NCBI GenBank assembly: GCA_964016885.1
Contig: OZ024743.1
Location: 343,914,001-343,978,000 of the forward strand
Origin: Eledone cirrhosa
Taxonomy: Eukaryota
Reading direction: 5' to 3'
Length of the DNA stretch: 64,000 bases
This document shows positions 19,197 through 38,981 of the stretch, in pieces. The stretch's first letter is position 1, and every line of letters starts with the position of its first letter. The notes beneath the pieces were generated by a model. It was not told the DNA's origin, did no database searches, and saw only the letters and a program-made list of their open reading frames with translations. A program made the position numbers and the translations under genes.

Positions 19197-19384
19197 AATG
19201 AAACGAAATTTCATTTCTCACTCTTAATACGGCACTTACTTAAATGTAAGTATGTATGTATACGTACATATATGTATACAGATGTACAGTAGTATGTATA
19301 TATATACACATACATGCACACACATATATATATGCTCGTATCGGTTTACCGAACATTTATTATAATGCTCGGTTTGTTTGTAAA

Positions 19385-19385
<1 letters not shown>
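19197..19385 (-). mobile_element. Family P9 terminal fragment
   Basis: AAATTTCATTTCTCACTCTTA...GGTTTACCGAACATTTATTATAATG matches 35571-35745. Confidence 0.75.
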
Positions 19386-19450
<65 letters not shown>

Positions 19451-20846
19451 TTCGTTTCTGAATTTGTTTAGCAAGATTCTTTATCTGAAAACGTGTGTTG
19501 AAACCGATATTGTTATACTTTGGGAGGGTCATGTTGCCAATAAGAAACACACGCACCAGTTGCTTTCACTTCAATTTATTCTAATAAATTTATAAATTTA
19601 GGAATTTATAAATTTCCGGTTGGTTGGTTGGTTCCACAACCAGATGGTTGTTTATATATTGTCAAAATTCTTTCGTCACAAATTCTGCGACCTCTTCAGT
19701 GACTGGGGATTCTTTTCTTTGTTTTTTGCGCCTCTCCTTTGTTTTCTCCTACGCCATCTTGTTTTTGTGTATGTGTTGTGTGCTTAGTTTGCGCATGTGT
19801 TACATCCAGGTGTCTGTGTGTGTTTATATTTGTTTATTAATTGTTTATTTACATGTTACTGGTTGGTTGTTTGTTCTATGTGCGTGTGTGTTTTCATTTT
19901 ATTCTTAATTGTAAGTTGTGATGTTGCTGTTCCACTCATGTTTTCTATTTAATTTTGGTTGTAATTAATTTATGTTTATTGCCTCTGTGATTTGTCTAAA
20001 CATTGCGTCTTTTCTGTGTGTAGATTCTATTTTTATTTCTATGTTCTCTAATTTACCCTTATGTTCTATTTTAGCATGTTGGTAGAGTACAGATGATTCT
20101 TTACTATCTTGAAGGTCTCGTCAGTGTTCATTTATCTGTTCCCCTATACTACGAGCTGTCTCACCTATGTACACTGTATTTTTATCTCTACATTGTCCTT
20201 CAAGTAGTATAGGGGAACGGATAAATGAACACTGGCGAGACCTTCAAGATAGTAAAGAATCATCTGTACTCTACCAACATGCTAAAATAGAACATAAGGG
20301 TAAATTAGAGAACATAGAAATAAAAATAGAATCTACACACAGAAAAGACGCAGTGTTTAGACAGATCACAGAGGCAATAAACATAAATTAATTACAACCA
20401 AAATTAAATAAAAAACATGAGTGGAACAGCAACATCACAACTTACAATTAAGGACAAAATGAAAACACACACGCACATAGAACAAACAACCAACCAGTAA
20501 CATGTAAATAAACAAATAAATAAACGAATATAAACACACACAGACACCCGGATGTAACACATGCGCAAACTAAGCACACAACACACACACAAAAACAAGA
20601 TGGCGTAGGACAGAACAAAGGAGAGGCACAAAAAACAAAGAAAAGAATCCCAGTCACTGAAGAGGTCACAGAATGTGTGACGAAAGAACTTTGACAATGT
20701 ATAAACAACCATATGGTTATGGAACCAACCAACCAACCGGAAATTTATAAATTCCTAAATTTATAAATTTATTAGAATAAATTGAAGTGAAAGCAACTGG
20801 TGCGTGTGTTTCTTATTGGAAACATGACCCTCCCAAAGTATAACAA
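19451..20846. mobile_element. Penelope-like family P1, copy B: ~1.4-kb fold-back
   Basis: Arms ~19508-20151 and ~20204-20846 are near-perfect reverse complements, each with the GIY-YIG C-terminus and 3' UTR. Confidence 0.92.
20653..20695 (+). ncRNA. Minimal type I hammerhead ribozyme (P1); paralogues at 18788-18830 (+), 17652-17694 (-), 19661-19703 (-)
   Basis: GTCA-CTGAAGA-GGTCACA-GAATG-TGTGAC-GAAA-GAAC-TT-TGAC: core, 6-bp stem II, 4-bp stem I and a tiny stem III. Confidence 0.7.
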
Positions 20847-20980
20847 TATATATATATTTATACATACACTTATAGCTATGTACATATGAATACATGTATA
20901 TGTACACATATATATATATGTGTGTACATATACATGTATTCATATGTACATAGCTATATATATATATATATATATAATAA

Positions 20981-21581
<601 letters not shown>

Positions 21582-21624
21582 TTATCTCTCTCGCTCTCTC
21601 ACTCTCCCCCTCTCTCTACCCCCC

Positions 21625-21667
<43 letters not shown>

Positions 21668-21882
21668 AAACATAGGTAGAAGCATAATTATAGAAAAAAA
21701 AGTCATATATATTTTTATTTATGTTGTCAATGTGTAAAGCCTACACAGTATGTGAGACGATGGAATATACTTCAGTGCAATTTATCCACGACAGGTAGGA
21801 CATTCTTCAGAATGGTAGTTCTACCGGTATATATTTTAGAATGTGTAGAATGTTTACATAACCGACACACACATGCATATAC

Positions 21883-21950
<68 letters not shown>

Positions 21951-22106
21951 CAATGGCCAGCCAACGCAGGCTGGATATAGAATGTGTAACAACAACGGTG
22001 GTGCCCCAGCATGGCCTCAGCCGGATGGCTGGAACAGGTACAAGAGTAAAAGAGTATACATACATGCAGATATATTGTGGCTCTGTATTATATTTGTTAT
22101 TTTACA

Positions 22107-22226
22107 GTCTGAGTTCAAATCCCGCCGAGGTTAAATTTGCCTTTCATCCTTACGGGGTCGATAAAATAAAGTACCAGTAATGTACTGAGTAATTGCTGGC
22201 CTTGTGCCGAAAGTAGAAACAATTAT
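22107..22226 (+). mobile_element. SINE family A (5'-truncated)
   Basis: TCTGAGTTCAAATCCCGCCGAGG...GTAGAAACAATTAT. Confidence 0.88.
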
Positions 22227-22297
22227 ATTTGTTATTTTACATCGAACTACTCTTATACTTGTAATTGGATAATATTTATTATTTAATATTACCCAAA

Positions 22298-22407
<110 letters not shown>

Positions 22408-22408
22408 A

Positions 22409-22602
22409 GAAAATGTTTAACCCCGACGGCAGAGCTCAAGCCGCGTCGACGGCTATTTCTGGAGTCCAGAAATAGCTGTTGAAACGGCTTGAGCTCTGCC
22501 GTCGGGGTTAAACAATTTCCTATTACCCACTCTACTACCCTAAGTATTAAGTACTCTGGTGCGTTATGGTCCATCTGGTTCCTTACCACACTTCCTTCGT
22601 TA
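22409..22602 (+). mobile_element. PLE-like 3' end (family P3) with a 111-bp fold-back hairpin
   Basis: Hairpin 22409-22519 contains the HHR 3' half GAAA-CGGC...GCCG-TC-GGGGTT; the tail matches 35175-35232 in reverse complement. Confidence 0.7.
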
Positions 22603-22614
22603 TATATATATATA

Positions 22615-22800
22615 TGTGAGTCTCGGGTTCAATCGGGTGTAACCACACTAAGTAAGGTACTCAATACATTAGTAGAGTGTAAACATCAAGTTTATATAGA
22701 AATAACTTCTACAGGACTAGAACTGTTTCAGTCGAAAGATATCCTGATGATTTCTTTCGAATGACACAGTTCTAGCCCTTAACAGAGATAGTTTAAAGCT
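22615..22800. mobile_element. PLE-like remnant (family P4) with fold-back around a CTGATGA core
   Basis: CTAGAACTGTTTCAGTCGAAAGA / TCTTTCGAATGACACAGTTCTAG are inverted arms; related to 54981-55045. Confidence 0.55.
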
Positions 22801-22908
<108 letters not shown>

Positions 22909-22917
22909 TATATATAT

Positions 22918-23128
22918 TAGAAAGTGACGTTTTTTTTACAAAATGAAAAATAACCGAGGTGTCCTACACGAGTGAAAGTATAAAGAAAAAAAAGATGAAA
23001 TCGAAAATGCAACTGGAGTCTTATTTAAAAAAAAATATATATATATTTATTTGGTTCCTTTACCGATTTCGCAGTTCTTCTGCTTTTCAAAAGTAGAGTT
23101 GAGATGGAGGGTCTGTGGTTTTTCTCAC
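22918..23128 (-). mobile_element. PLE-like terminal fragment (family P5)
   Basis: Homologous to 31681-31861; bounded by (TA)n. Confidence 0.75.
23055..23098 (-). ncRNA. Hammerhead ribozyme with U3-A8 core variant; paralogue at 31802-31845 (-)
   Basis: Minus strand: CTCTACTT-TTGAAAA-GCAG-AAGAA-CTGC-GAAA-TCGG-TA-AAGGAA. Confidence 0.6.
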
Positions 23129-23221
23129 ATCTCTCTCTCTCCATATATATATACATCTATATATATATATACATGTACACACACACACAAAAAAACACAC
23201 ACACACATATACAGTATATAA

Positions 23222-23360
23222 TTGTTTCTACTTTAGGCACAAGGCCAGCAATTATCCAGTGCATTACTGGTACTTTATTTTATCGACCCCGTAAGGATGA
23301 AAGGCAAAGTCAACCTCGGCGGGATTTGAACTCAGATCGTAAAGGGACGTAACTATGCTG
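23222..23360 (-). mobile_element. SINE family A
   Basis: Matches the family consensus. Confidence 0.88.
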
Positions 23361-23709
23361 AGTGATGTTGGTAGTCTACAAGTGAGACAGAACTCAATAT
23401 TATATATATAGTATTTATTATTTTCTTTATTCAGTTTCTTACAACAAAGCTATGGTATTTCAGCAAAGCAAGTAAGTGATTGATGTTTCAGAAGGGACAA
23501 TGGTAATCCTGAATAATCATCGTACTTATGAAGAGGGAAGAGATTTCTCTCTCTCGTGTCTCCCTGTGTCAGAGAAAAATGTAAGACAGGTACGTCTGTT
23601 AGGGACAACATGATGCATAGGTTACACAGATTGTCAACAATGCTAGACTCGAAACCCTTAATGGAGTTTTAATCTATTCGTAGATTTGATGATATTTTTA
23701 GTTCTGCTC

Positions 23710-24070
23710 ATAGGCGCGACGCTTAATGGTTAGAGAGCTGGATTCACAATCGCGAGATCTGGAGTTCGATTCCTGGACTGTGCAATGCGTTGTGTTCTTG
23801 AGCAAGACACTTTATTTTACGTTGCTCCAGTTCACTTAGATGTAGAAATGTCTTTCGACGTCACTGGTGCCAAATTGTATCAGTTTTTCTCTTTCCATTG
23901 GGCGACATCGGTGGCGTTAGTCACAACAGGCCTAGCATACCTGCCATGGAAAATAAACCTGCTAACGAAAAACAAAACAAAAAACACAACAACAAACAAA
24001 CAGAGGTCTCGTTCTGGAGGAACTTCTCGACTGACGAGCCATAGGTCTACCCGGTGTTAGATGAAGATGA
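23710..24070 (+). mobile_element. SINE family B (tRNA head, V-domain-like body, GAA tail)
   Basis: GCTTAATGGTTAGAG, GAGTTCGATTCC and GTGTTCTTGAGCAAGACACTTTA; relatives at 33350-33610 and 39469-39778. Confidence 0.8.
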
Positions 24071-24361
24071 AGAGGTTATACCCATGGCTCATATATATGT
24101 TATATACTAACTTATATATAAAAATATGAAAATGTCACAGAGAAAACCCGAATGGCCCATTTTTACCCGTGGCTCTCCAGTTGCCGAGCTCTGGTTTAGG
24201 GGTATAATATAGTGATGATGATAGGAAGATAGCTGGCTGGTCTTCGTTGGAGGAGTACGTGCACTTTAGATATATAAATGGACGAAAGAAGCTGCTGTAC
24301 ATTCGTATTTTGGTGGTTGTAGTGTATTTGTGAAGGTGTATTTGGTAGTGTTTCGTAGTGT

Positions 24362-24560
24362 TTCGCACCGGTTGCCGTCGAGACCTCAGGTGTAATCGGA
24401 CCCCGTACAGCCGAACTCCTCCGCAAAATGGGTACGTCTGCAGCCCGCCTGAAGAAGGATCCCCGCGAGGTGTGGTGGCTGTTGCAGCGGGTGTCACTGG
24501 CCATTGTCCGAGAAAATGCCTTCGCAGCCTTGTCCGCGGAGTGCAGCCCAAGTACTATCA
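24362..24560 (+). pseudogene. CRE-clade (restriction-like endonuclease) LINE 3' end
   Basis: Translates to FAPVAVETSGVIGPRTAELLRKMG...KDPREVWWLLQRVSLAIVRENA, matching the CRE-type C-terminal pattern FxPxAVET.G..G...DPR....L.QR.S.AI.RGNA. Confidence 0.78.
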
Positions 24561-25023
24561 ACATCTGTGGCCCAAAAGTCCTTGCATTTTCTCTCCTTTT
24601 CCTCTCATTTATGGCATTTATGATCCTTTCCTCTACTTTCCTCTACTTTCCAATATATCCAGATCTACCATTCTTTACCCATTCCCATGTTTTCTCATGA
24701 CTTAACTTTGTTTGTATCTTTCTTTTTCATACCTATGTAATTATCAGTGGTTTTTAAGCCAACTTTGTTAGTTTAAATTTGTGAATTTAAATTTGCCAAA
24801 TGGCATTGTTGTTCAGCTTCTAGATCAACTTTAATCCAATAGACTTTTGATAAAAGATGTTCTCACCGAGACTACCTCGTGTTGTTTCGTATATCTAGGA
24901 CTACATTGTTCAAGGTGACCCTGGTGTAAATGATTTTTATTAACTATTTCTAGCTGTTTGAGCGACTGCATAGTATTTGATCTCCTTAGCAAATGGCTGT
25001 GGTGTACATAACAGCACCGTCCC

Positions 25024-25025
<2 letters not shown>

Positions 25026-25106
<81 letters not shown>

Positions 25107-25148
25107 AAGAGCGAGAGAGAGCGAGAGAGAGCGAGAGAGCGAGAGAGC

Positions 25149-25183
<35 letters not shown>

Positions 25184-25206
25184 CGAGAGAGAGAGAGGGA
25201 GAGAGA
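25026..25206. repeat. (GA)n microsatellite
   Basis: Directly visible. Confidence 0.95.
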
Positions 25207-25499
25207 AAAGGCCAGTGAACAATAAACAAAGAGCGAAAGAGAGCAACGAGAGAATAAGGACGAAGACATGAACTAAGTTTACGTTGACCAGCCATATCAT
25301 GGCGAACAAACAGAGAAACGTATAAAAAAACTTGTTAAATAATCAGGTCTCCCAGTGTGAATAACCAGGCGTGGACGAACACTGAGACAAAACCTTTCAC
25401 AGAGCCACGAAAAAGGCCCCGTCCCCTATGGCGTTGCCCGGTCAGAGAAATCAGTAGTATTGCTACCACAACTACAACCTCTAACAGCAGTAACAACAC

Positions 25500-25760
25500 A
25501 CATCCAACATGCCTAAAGAACCACGTAGTTTATGAATTGAACTGCGCACGCGGGGCCAATTACATCGATTCCACAAAGCGAAAGCTACACCTCAGAGTGA
25601 AGGAACACTTTGAAAAGACAACCCCAGCGGGTTCAGTGTTCCAACACAAGCAAGAATGCAAAAAGTGTTTGTAGAACAAACAGACATAATCAGCCTCCGT
25701 ATAACGGAGAAAAAAAAGCACCAACTCTGAACCGTCGGAGTAACCTGGACACTTGGAAAC
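25500..25760 (+). pseudogene. Decayed PLE GIY-YIG fragment (family P6)
   Basis: CLKNHVVYELNCARGANYIDSTKRKLHLRVKEH...SVFQHKQEC. Confidence 0.8.
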
Positions 25761-25789
25761 ATCTGTAAAACATCATTAAACACGTCAAG

Positions 25790-26325
25790 CAATACATCCA
25801 ACCAACAAACCCGCCAACTAAACAACCAGCCAGCCAGCCAACCAATCATCAACCAACCAACCAGCCAGCTAACTAACTAATTAACCAACCAACCGACCAA
25901 CCAGCCAACAGATCAACCAGCCAACCAACTAACCAGCCAACGAACTGACCAGCCATCCAACTAATCAACCAGCCAACCAACCAGACAGCCAGTCTGCCAG
26001 GCAGACAACCTGTCAGAAAGACAACCAGTCAGACAGACAGCTAGACGGACAGCCTGACAGCCAGACAGACTACAAGACAACCAGAAAGAGCAGTAACCAA
26101 CCAACCAGCCAGCCAACCAGACAGCCAACCAACCTGCCAGCCAGCCAACCAGCCAGACAACCAGCCAGACAACCAACCAGCCTGCCAGACAGACAACCAG
26201 GCAGAAAGACAACCAGTCAGACAGACAGCAAGACAACCAGAAAGAGCAGTAACCAACCAACCAACCATCCAGCCAACCAGCCAACCAGCCAACCAGACAG
26301 ACAGACAAATAGTCAAACAGACAGC
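25790..26325. repeat. Degenerate tetranucleotide repeat (CCAA/CCAG/CAGA)
   Basis: Directly visible. Confidence 0.9.
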
Positions 26326-26499
26326 TATGTCAGTTGAATTAATAAAATTATTAGTTGTGATGGAGATTTTTTTTATGAAGTTCAATCAACGTGCTGTGGC
26401 ATTTCATTTCCATTGGATGTTTTCTTCAATTATAGTTGACCACTTGACACTTTGCACGGACAACACTGGACACTATTATCTCTATTTAGATGTTATGGT

Positions 26500-31080
<4,581 letters not shown>

Positions 31081-31152
31081 AATGTCTAACGAGGCGAGAT
31101 GTAGTTAAGTGATTGTGGTCCCTGTGTGTTTGTGAGTTTATGTATGCGTTGA

Positions 31153-31241
<89 letters not shown>

Positions 31242-31567
31242 TGATCTGTTGTGTGGTGTGTTATGGTAAGGTGAAGATGAAGGAAGACAGTGATATGAGG
31301 TGGCAGATAGGAGAAACTGGTCATATGGGGTGGTTGTATATGGTGGGCAGTGCGTGTGGAATAATGCTGATCATCATAGGTGAGAGGAGGTGATGGAGCT
31401 GGGTGGTTAACTAAACTTGACACTGGTCAAATGAGATCTGTGTGGTGGGTGGGGTAGGTTTAGCAGGAGAAGGGTTTGGATGGTCAGTCAGAATCTAGGG
31501 ATTAGCACAGAAGGTGGACAGTGGATTAACTAATGGGTTTTCAGGCATAATACGTGTTTTTGTGTGT

Positions 31568-31970
<403 letters not shown>

Positions 31971-31991
31971 ATATATATATATATATATATG

Positions 31992-32112
<121 letters not shown>

Positions 32113-32117
32113 ATATA

Positions 32118-32826
32118 GTGGTAGAACACTGGAAGGTAATATCCGTAGTGGTAGAGCACTCAGTCCATGGGACGAGTTAGGTAGAAGTGGTTACACAACA
32201 GTTAGTTCACCATACCGAGAACAATTGTTTCACCTTAGTGGATCCTCAGCTCGTAATGGACATGGTTATACGGAACAGGAAGTACACCCGTATGAACGCG
32301 CATGCGCAGAAACGGTCACTTCACTCAGGCAATACTAAATTACGTGCGAGAGGTATAAGGGAGATAACTGCGAAAGTCCGAAAGTTTCTAGTTGATAAGA
32401 AAATTAGAATGTTGTTGTAATTCAATCCAGAGCTTTATAGTTATGTAAGAGGTGTTTCCAGACGTGTGGACAACGTGTGAAGAATCCATTTCTTGAGTTT
32501 AGGCAATCGCTATTGCATAATCTCTTTAGAATATTATATTCGTTCATCAATACATAGTCCACACGACGGATTTCCCCTTGCGTATGGTTTGGACTTAGTG
32601 ATGTCTTTCCATTGAATGGAGTAGTCTATACTTGAGTCCTTGAGGGACAATACGTAGCTCGCGAGTTTCGTGGTTGAACGTCTGTCCGGGTACCTAAAGG
32701 ACGACTGGTGGTTCAGGAAGCGTTCCTTAAATCGGCCCTCCACCATACCCACATAGGATTTGACCTCCTGAGGTTGATTTGGTCGGTTGGAAGTGACCAC
32801 AGCTTCATAAACTACAGCGGATGTGT
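32118..32826 (-). mobile_element. Penelope-like element 3' part (family P7), GIY-YIG
   Basis: AVVYEAVV...KSYVGMVEGRFKERFLNHQSSF...IQW...PY....SCGLCIDE, then frameshifted LLNSR...CPH; ends in (TA)n. Confidence 0.9.
32213..32255 (-). ncRNA. Minimal type I hammerhead ribozyme (P7)
   Basis: Minus strand: TACGAG-CTGAGGA-TCCACTAAGGT-GAAA-CAATTG-TT-CTCGGTA. Confidence 0.72.
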
Positions 32827-32831
32827 TGCCT

Positions 32832-35177
<2,346 letters not shown>

Positions 35178-35244
35178 GAAGGAAATGTGGTAAGGAACCA
35201 GATGGACCATAACGCACCAAAGTACTCAATACAATACTCGTTCC

Positions 35245-35363
<119 letters not shown>

Positions 35364-35491
35364 CCATGTAGTCATTGCACCTACGTTAGAAACCATTATT
35401 ACAGGATGATTGATTAGTAGTATCGATAGAGAATCGAACAATACAACTTTTTACGTTCGGGTCACTTTTGTTATTCATTCATATGTTCTTG

Positions 35492-35559
<68 letters not shown>

Positions 35560-35818
35560 GGAAAAAAATGAAATTTCATTTCTCACTCTTAGTACGGCTG
35601 ATACTTAAATATAAGTATGTATACATACATACATATATGTATACAGACGTACAGTAGTATGTATATACATACATACATGCACATATATATATATATGTAC
35701 GTATGGGTTTACCGAACATTTATTATAATTTTCGGTTTGTTTGTAAACAAACTGCCCGAATTAAGCCGTACAGTGTTCGGCGACCATCGTTGCCATTTTG
35801 TTCAACACTGTCAAAGGA

Positions 35819-35861
35819 ACGATAAACTAGTTTCTAGCTTATTAGCTGTCATCAGCACCGT
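35819..35861 (-). ncRNA. Minimal type I hammerhead ribozyme (P9)
   Basis: Minus strand: ACGGTG-CTGATGA-CAGCT-AATA-AGCTA-GAAA-CTAG-TT-TATCGT. Confidence 0.78.
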
Positions 35862-36095
35862 ATAACTTCTTGTCAGTCTATTGAAAGTTTGAAAGTATAT
35901 ACTTTCCTTATGCATATTAACGGCCGAGCAGCCTAATTTGCATATCGAGTGAGTTAGTCGGCCGGGCGTACCGAAAATGTTAAAGGGAAAAAATGAAATT
36001 TCATTTCTCACTCTTAGTACGGCTGATACTTAAGTGTAAGTATGTATGTATACGTACATATATATATGTATACAGACGTACAGTAGTATGTATAT

Positions 36096-36654
36096 GGTGG
36101 CTGCCAACTCGTTTTCGAGTAGGGCCACTACTTTATATCCATGTAGGAGAACTCCTACCGATGCGCTAAACGAGTGTGACTTTTTAGTCCAGCCAGCGAC
36201 TTGAAAACTCTGGCACAAACACTACACTTGTGACAATTATTGACACATAGTGCTGGGCCCATGGTACCATGTGACGACAAGTGCAGAGAGATCTCCAGAT
36301 ATAAAGCAATGCCTGTGCCGTGAAGCTTTTATAGTGAGTAAAGGCACTGCACAAAGTCAGTCCCACTCTCTTAACCAAGATGATATTTACCAAAAAGAAG
36401 AACAAGTCAACATCATTGGATACCATCAGGGTTGCAGGTGTTATATCAGAGTTTTCCTTCTCCTAGAATTCTGCCTTGACAAAGGCTAAGTGGTCATCTC
36501 TCCCGGTGATTTTGGATGACCATTGACTCTTAAGAACTCCTTTGCCCTTTGACAGGTTTTGTTTTTAGTCCTGCAGGATGTCCATAGTCACCCTCCTCAC
36601 CAAGAAACCTTGGTGGGGTTGCCCGTTTAGTCGCCAACGATCCGACCATGAGAC
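36096..36654 (-). mobile_element. Non-autonomous retroelement family R (divergent copy) with 8-bp TSD
   Basis: ATGTATAT at 36088-36095 and 36655-36662; homologous to 40375-40903. Confidence 0.8.
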
Positions 36655-37440
36655 ATGTATATACATACATACATGCACATATATATATATGTACGTATGG
36701 GTTTACCGAACATTTATTATAATGTTCGGTTTGTTGTTATTATAATGTTCGGTTTGTTTGGCAACAAACAGCCCAAATTGCTCAGCCGTTAATATGCATA
36801 AGGAAAGTATATAGTTTCAGTTGGGTATTTGATTTTCATTTAAGTGTTTTTGTGTTGTAGATCGTATGTATGTGTATGTGTTGTTTGTTACTCATAGCTA
36901 TTAACCATGGGATTATTTGGAGTCGTTTATAGTCAATAGGTGTTTGTTTGTTAAATGTGAATTCCGCCGAATTACTGGCCATGTTGTTATTCTAGGTCTA
37001 TTATTTTATGCATTTTTTATCTAGAAATTATCTTTTCTAGGATTTGTATTAACCGTTATTAAGCTGTTGGTAAACCGTTATGTTGCTCAATTTTATAAGT
37101 TTACACAGGAAGTTGTAAAGGGGGTTAATAACAAAGGGAGGTAATTAAGGTTGTTGATAAATTAAAAGTTGTTTAAATATTGTGATAGTGTTATAAATTA
37201 ATCTTTATAGAGTATATAGAATATAAAATATTATTGGTTATATAATTGTTATCTTTTAAACTTGTGTGGAGGGGGTTAAAAACATTTTTTTAATTTAGTT
37301 TATTATAACTAGATATTTTTTACATAGTTAGTATATGTATATATAATATAAGGTATATACATATGTGTGAGAATGCATATATATATACATATATACACAC
37401 ACACACATATGTATACACACACACACACACACACACACGC

Positions 37441-37471
<31 letters not shown>

Positions 37472-37841
37472 CTGGTTGTGTAGAGATAGTTGAAGTTTTT
37501 TATGACAGGATAGTGAGTTGCATAATATATACTGGAGTAATTGGAGTTATATATACAGTTGTCTGCTATTTAGTTGGTGTTGTATATTGAGAGTTTATTA
37601 GGGTGTCTATGTTATTTAAATCTTTTAATTGTGTAAGGTAAGAGATCAAACAGGGATCTATTGACTGTATGTAGGTCAGTGTGGTCTTTTAATTAAGGTG
37701 TAGTCCTATATTCATGAAGGTCTAGTTGGATAAATGAAGGTCTAGTTGGATAAATTAAGGTCTAGTTGGATAAATTAAAAGGTGGTGGTCTAGTGTTATC
37801 TCCGACATTGGTCTTTATTTTTATTTTTATTATTATTATTA

Positions 37842-38168
37842 TTAGTTACTAGGTTTGAAGTAGTGGAACGAGAATCTATGGTAATGTGGACACGTGTAGA
37901 AGATCTCTGATTTCCTATTTAGTAGGCTAAGGTTAGAGTGAATAATATTTTTAGACACGAGGATGCAAAGGTTACAAAATTTGTTAGGTGGTCTATATGA
38001 AGGGGCCTTAGCTATCACTTCCCATTTTAAGGCGTATGGTATGCTACTTGATTTTAATGAGTGTATGTATGTGGATAGTGAGGTTACGTTGCTAAGTTTA
38101 GGGTTTCTGAACGAATGAAGATGTGAATTATATCTGGTCTTAAAGCTATTCGATGTTGAGCCTATATA
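37842..38168 (-). pseudogene. PLE GIY-YIG C-terminal fragment
   Basis: YIGSTSNSFKTRYNSHLHSF...LSTYIHSLK...KWEVI..APSY....FCNLC...LLNRKSEIFYTCPH. Confidence 0.88.
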
Positions 38169-38177
38169 TATATATAT

Positions 38178-38560
38178 AAGCAAAGAGATATTTAATTTGC
38201 TGGTAATTCAACAAATTTATTTATTATAACAGATTCGAAGCACTCTACAGATTTCCTGGAGTATAATATCAATGATATTAATAAATGGAAACTATATTTA
38301 TAATACCATATTTATTTTATTACATATATTTCAAGGGTACTAAAAAACAAACTTTGGTACGCCCTCATCAGATAAAATACAAAATTTGTTTTATGGAACC
38401 TGAACCGATAAGGTCTGGTTTATCGGGTATGTCACTATTTATAAAACAAATTTTGTATTTTATCTGATGAGAGCGTACCAAAGTATTTTTGGTACCACCC
38501 TTGAAATATATATAATAAAATATATATGGTTTTATTCCATTTATTAATATAATTGATATA
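38178..38560. mobile_element. Family P8 fold-back end
   Basis: Arms ~38274-38394 and 38441-38558 are inverted. Confidence 0.8.
38456..38522 (+). ncRNA. Type I hammerhead ribozyme (P8); mirror copy at 38313-38379 (-)
   Basis: TATTTTAT-CTGATGA-[GTACCAAA...TTTGGTAC]-GAAA-TATATA-TA-ATAAAATA; 8-bp stem I. Confidence 0.82.
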
Positions 38561-38566
38561 TATATA

Positions 38567-38977
38567 TACGAGGGTAACCCCCAAAAGTAAGGTCTTCAAA
38601 GTGATGGCGACGCAGAGAAACTGTTCGTACGGCTGTTGGCAACACTGTTGTGATTGGTGCTTCCTTCACTCCCAAACAAGCATGCGCGCGCTTCGCTGGG
38701 ATGCTCAATCTTGGCTTGGCAGCCGTTGAGAATGGAGCTCCCGTTGAACGCTACCGCCAAGTGCGAATTTCGCGCAGTTATTATATACGAGGGCAATAGA
38801 AGTAAGGTCTCTTTCCGAGGAAAACATGCGTAAAGATCGGCGGATCACTCTGGATGCTCTCTGCATTTTGGTTCCTGAGGTTTCCCGAAGCACCATCCAC
38901 AGGATTTTAACGGAAAAGTTGCAATATCGGAAGTTGCAATATCGGAAGGAGACCTTACTTTTGGGATTGCCCTCGTA
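38567..38977 (+). mobile_element. Internally deleted mariner element/MITE
   Basis: TIRs TACGAGGG.AA.CCC.AAAAGTAAGGTCT in TA context; transposase remnants MELPLNATAKCEFRAVI and KDRRITLDAL...VSRSTIHRILTEKLQYRK. Confidence 0.88.
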
Positions 38978-38981
38978 TATA

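Larger units (their letters stand above)
35561..36780 (-). mobile_element. Family P9 tandem repeat (~425-bp unit), second unit interrupted
   Basis: ATGAAATTTCATTTCTCACTCTTAGTACGGCTGATACTT occurs at 35568 and 35993. Confidence 0.8.

Noticed and set aside
24862-24925. Hammerhead on the minus strand
   Set aside because: GAAAC...GUC is present, but the upstream core (UUGAACA) cannot form the 3-8 pair and stem I is out of register.
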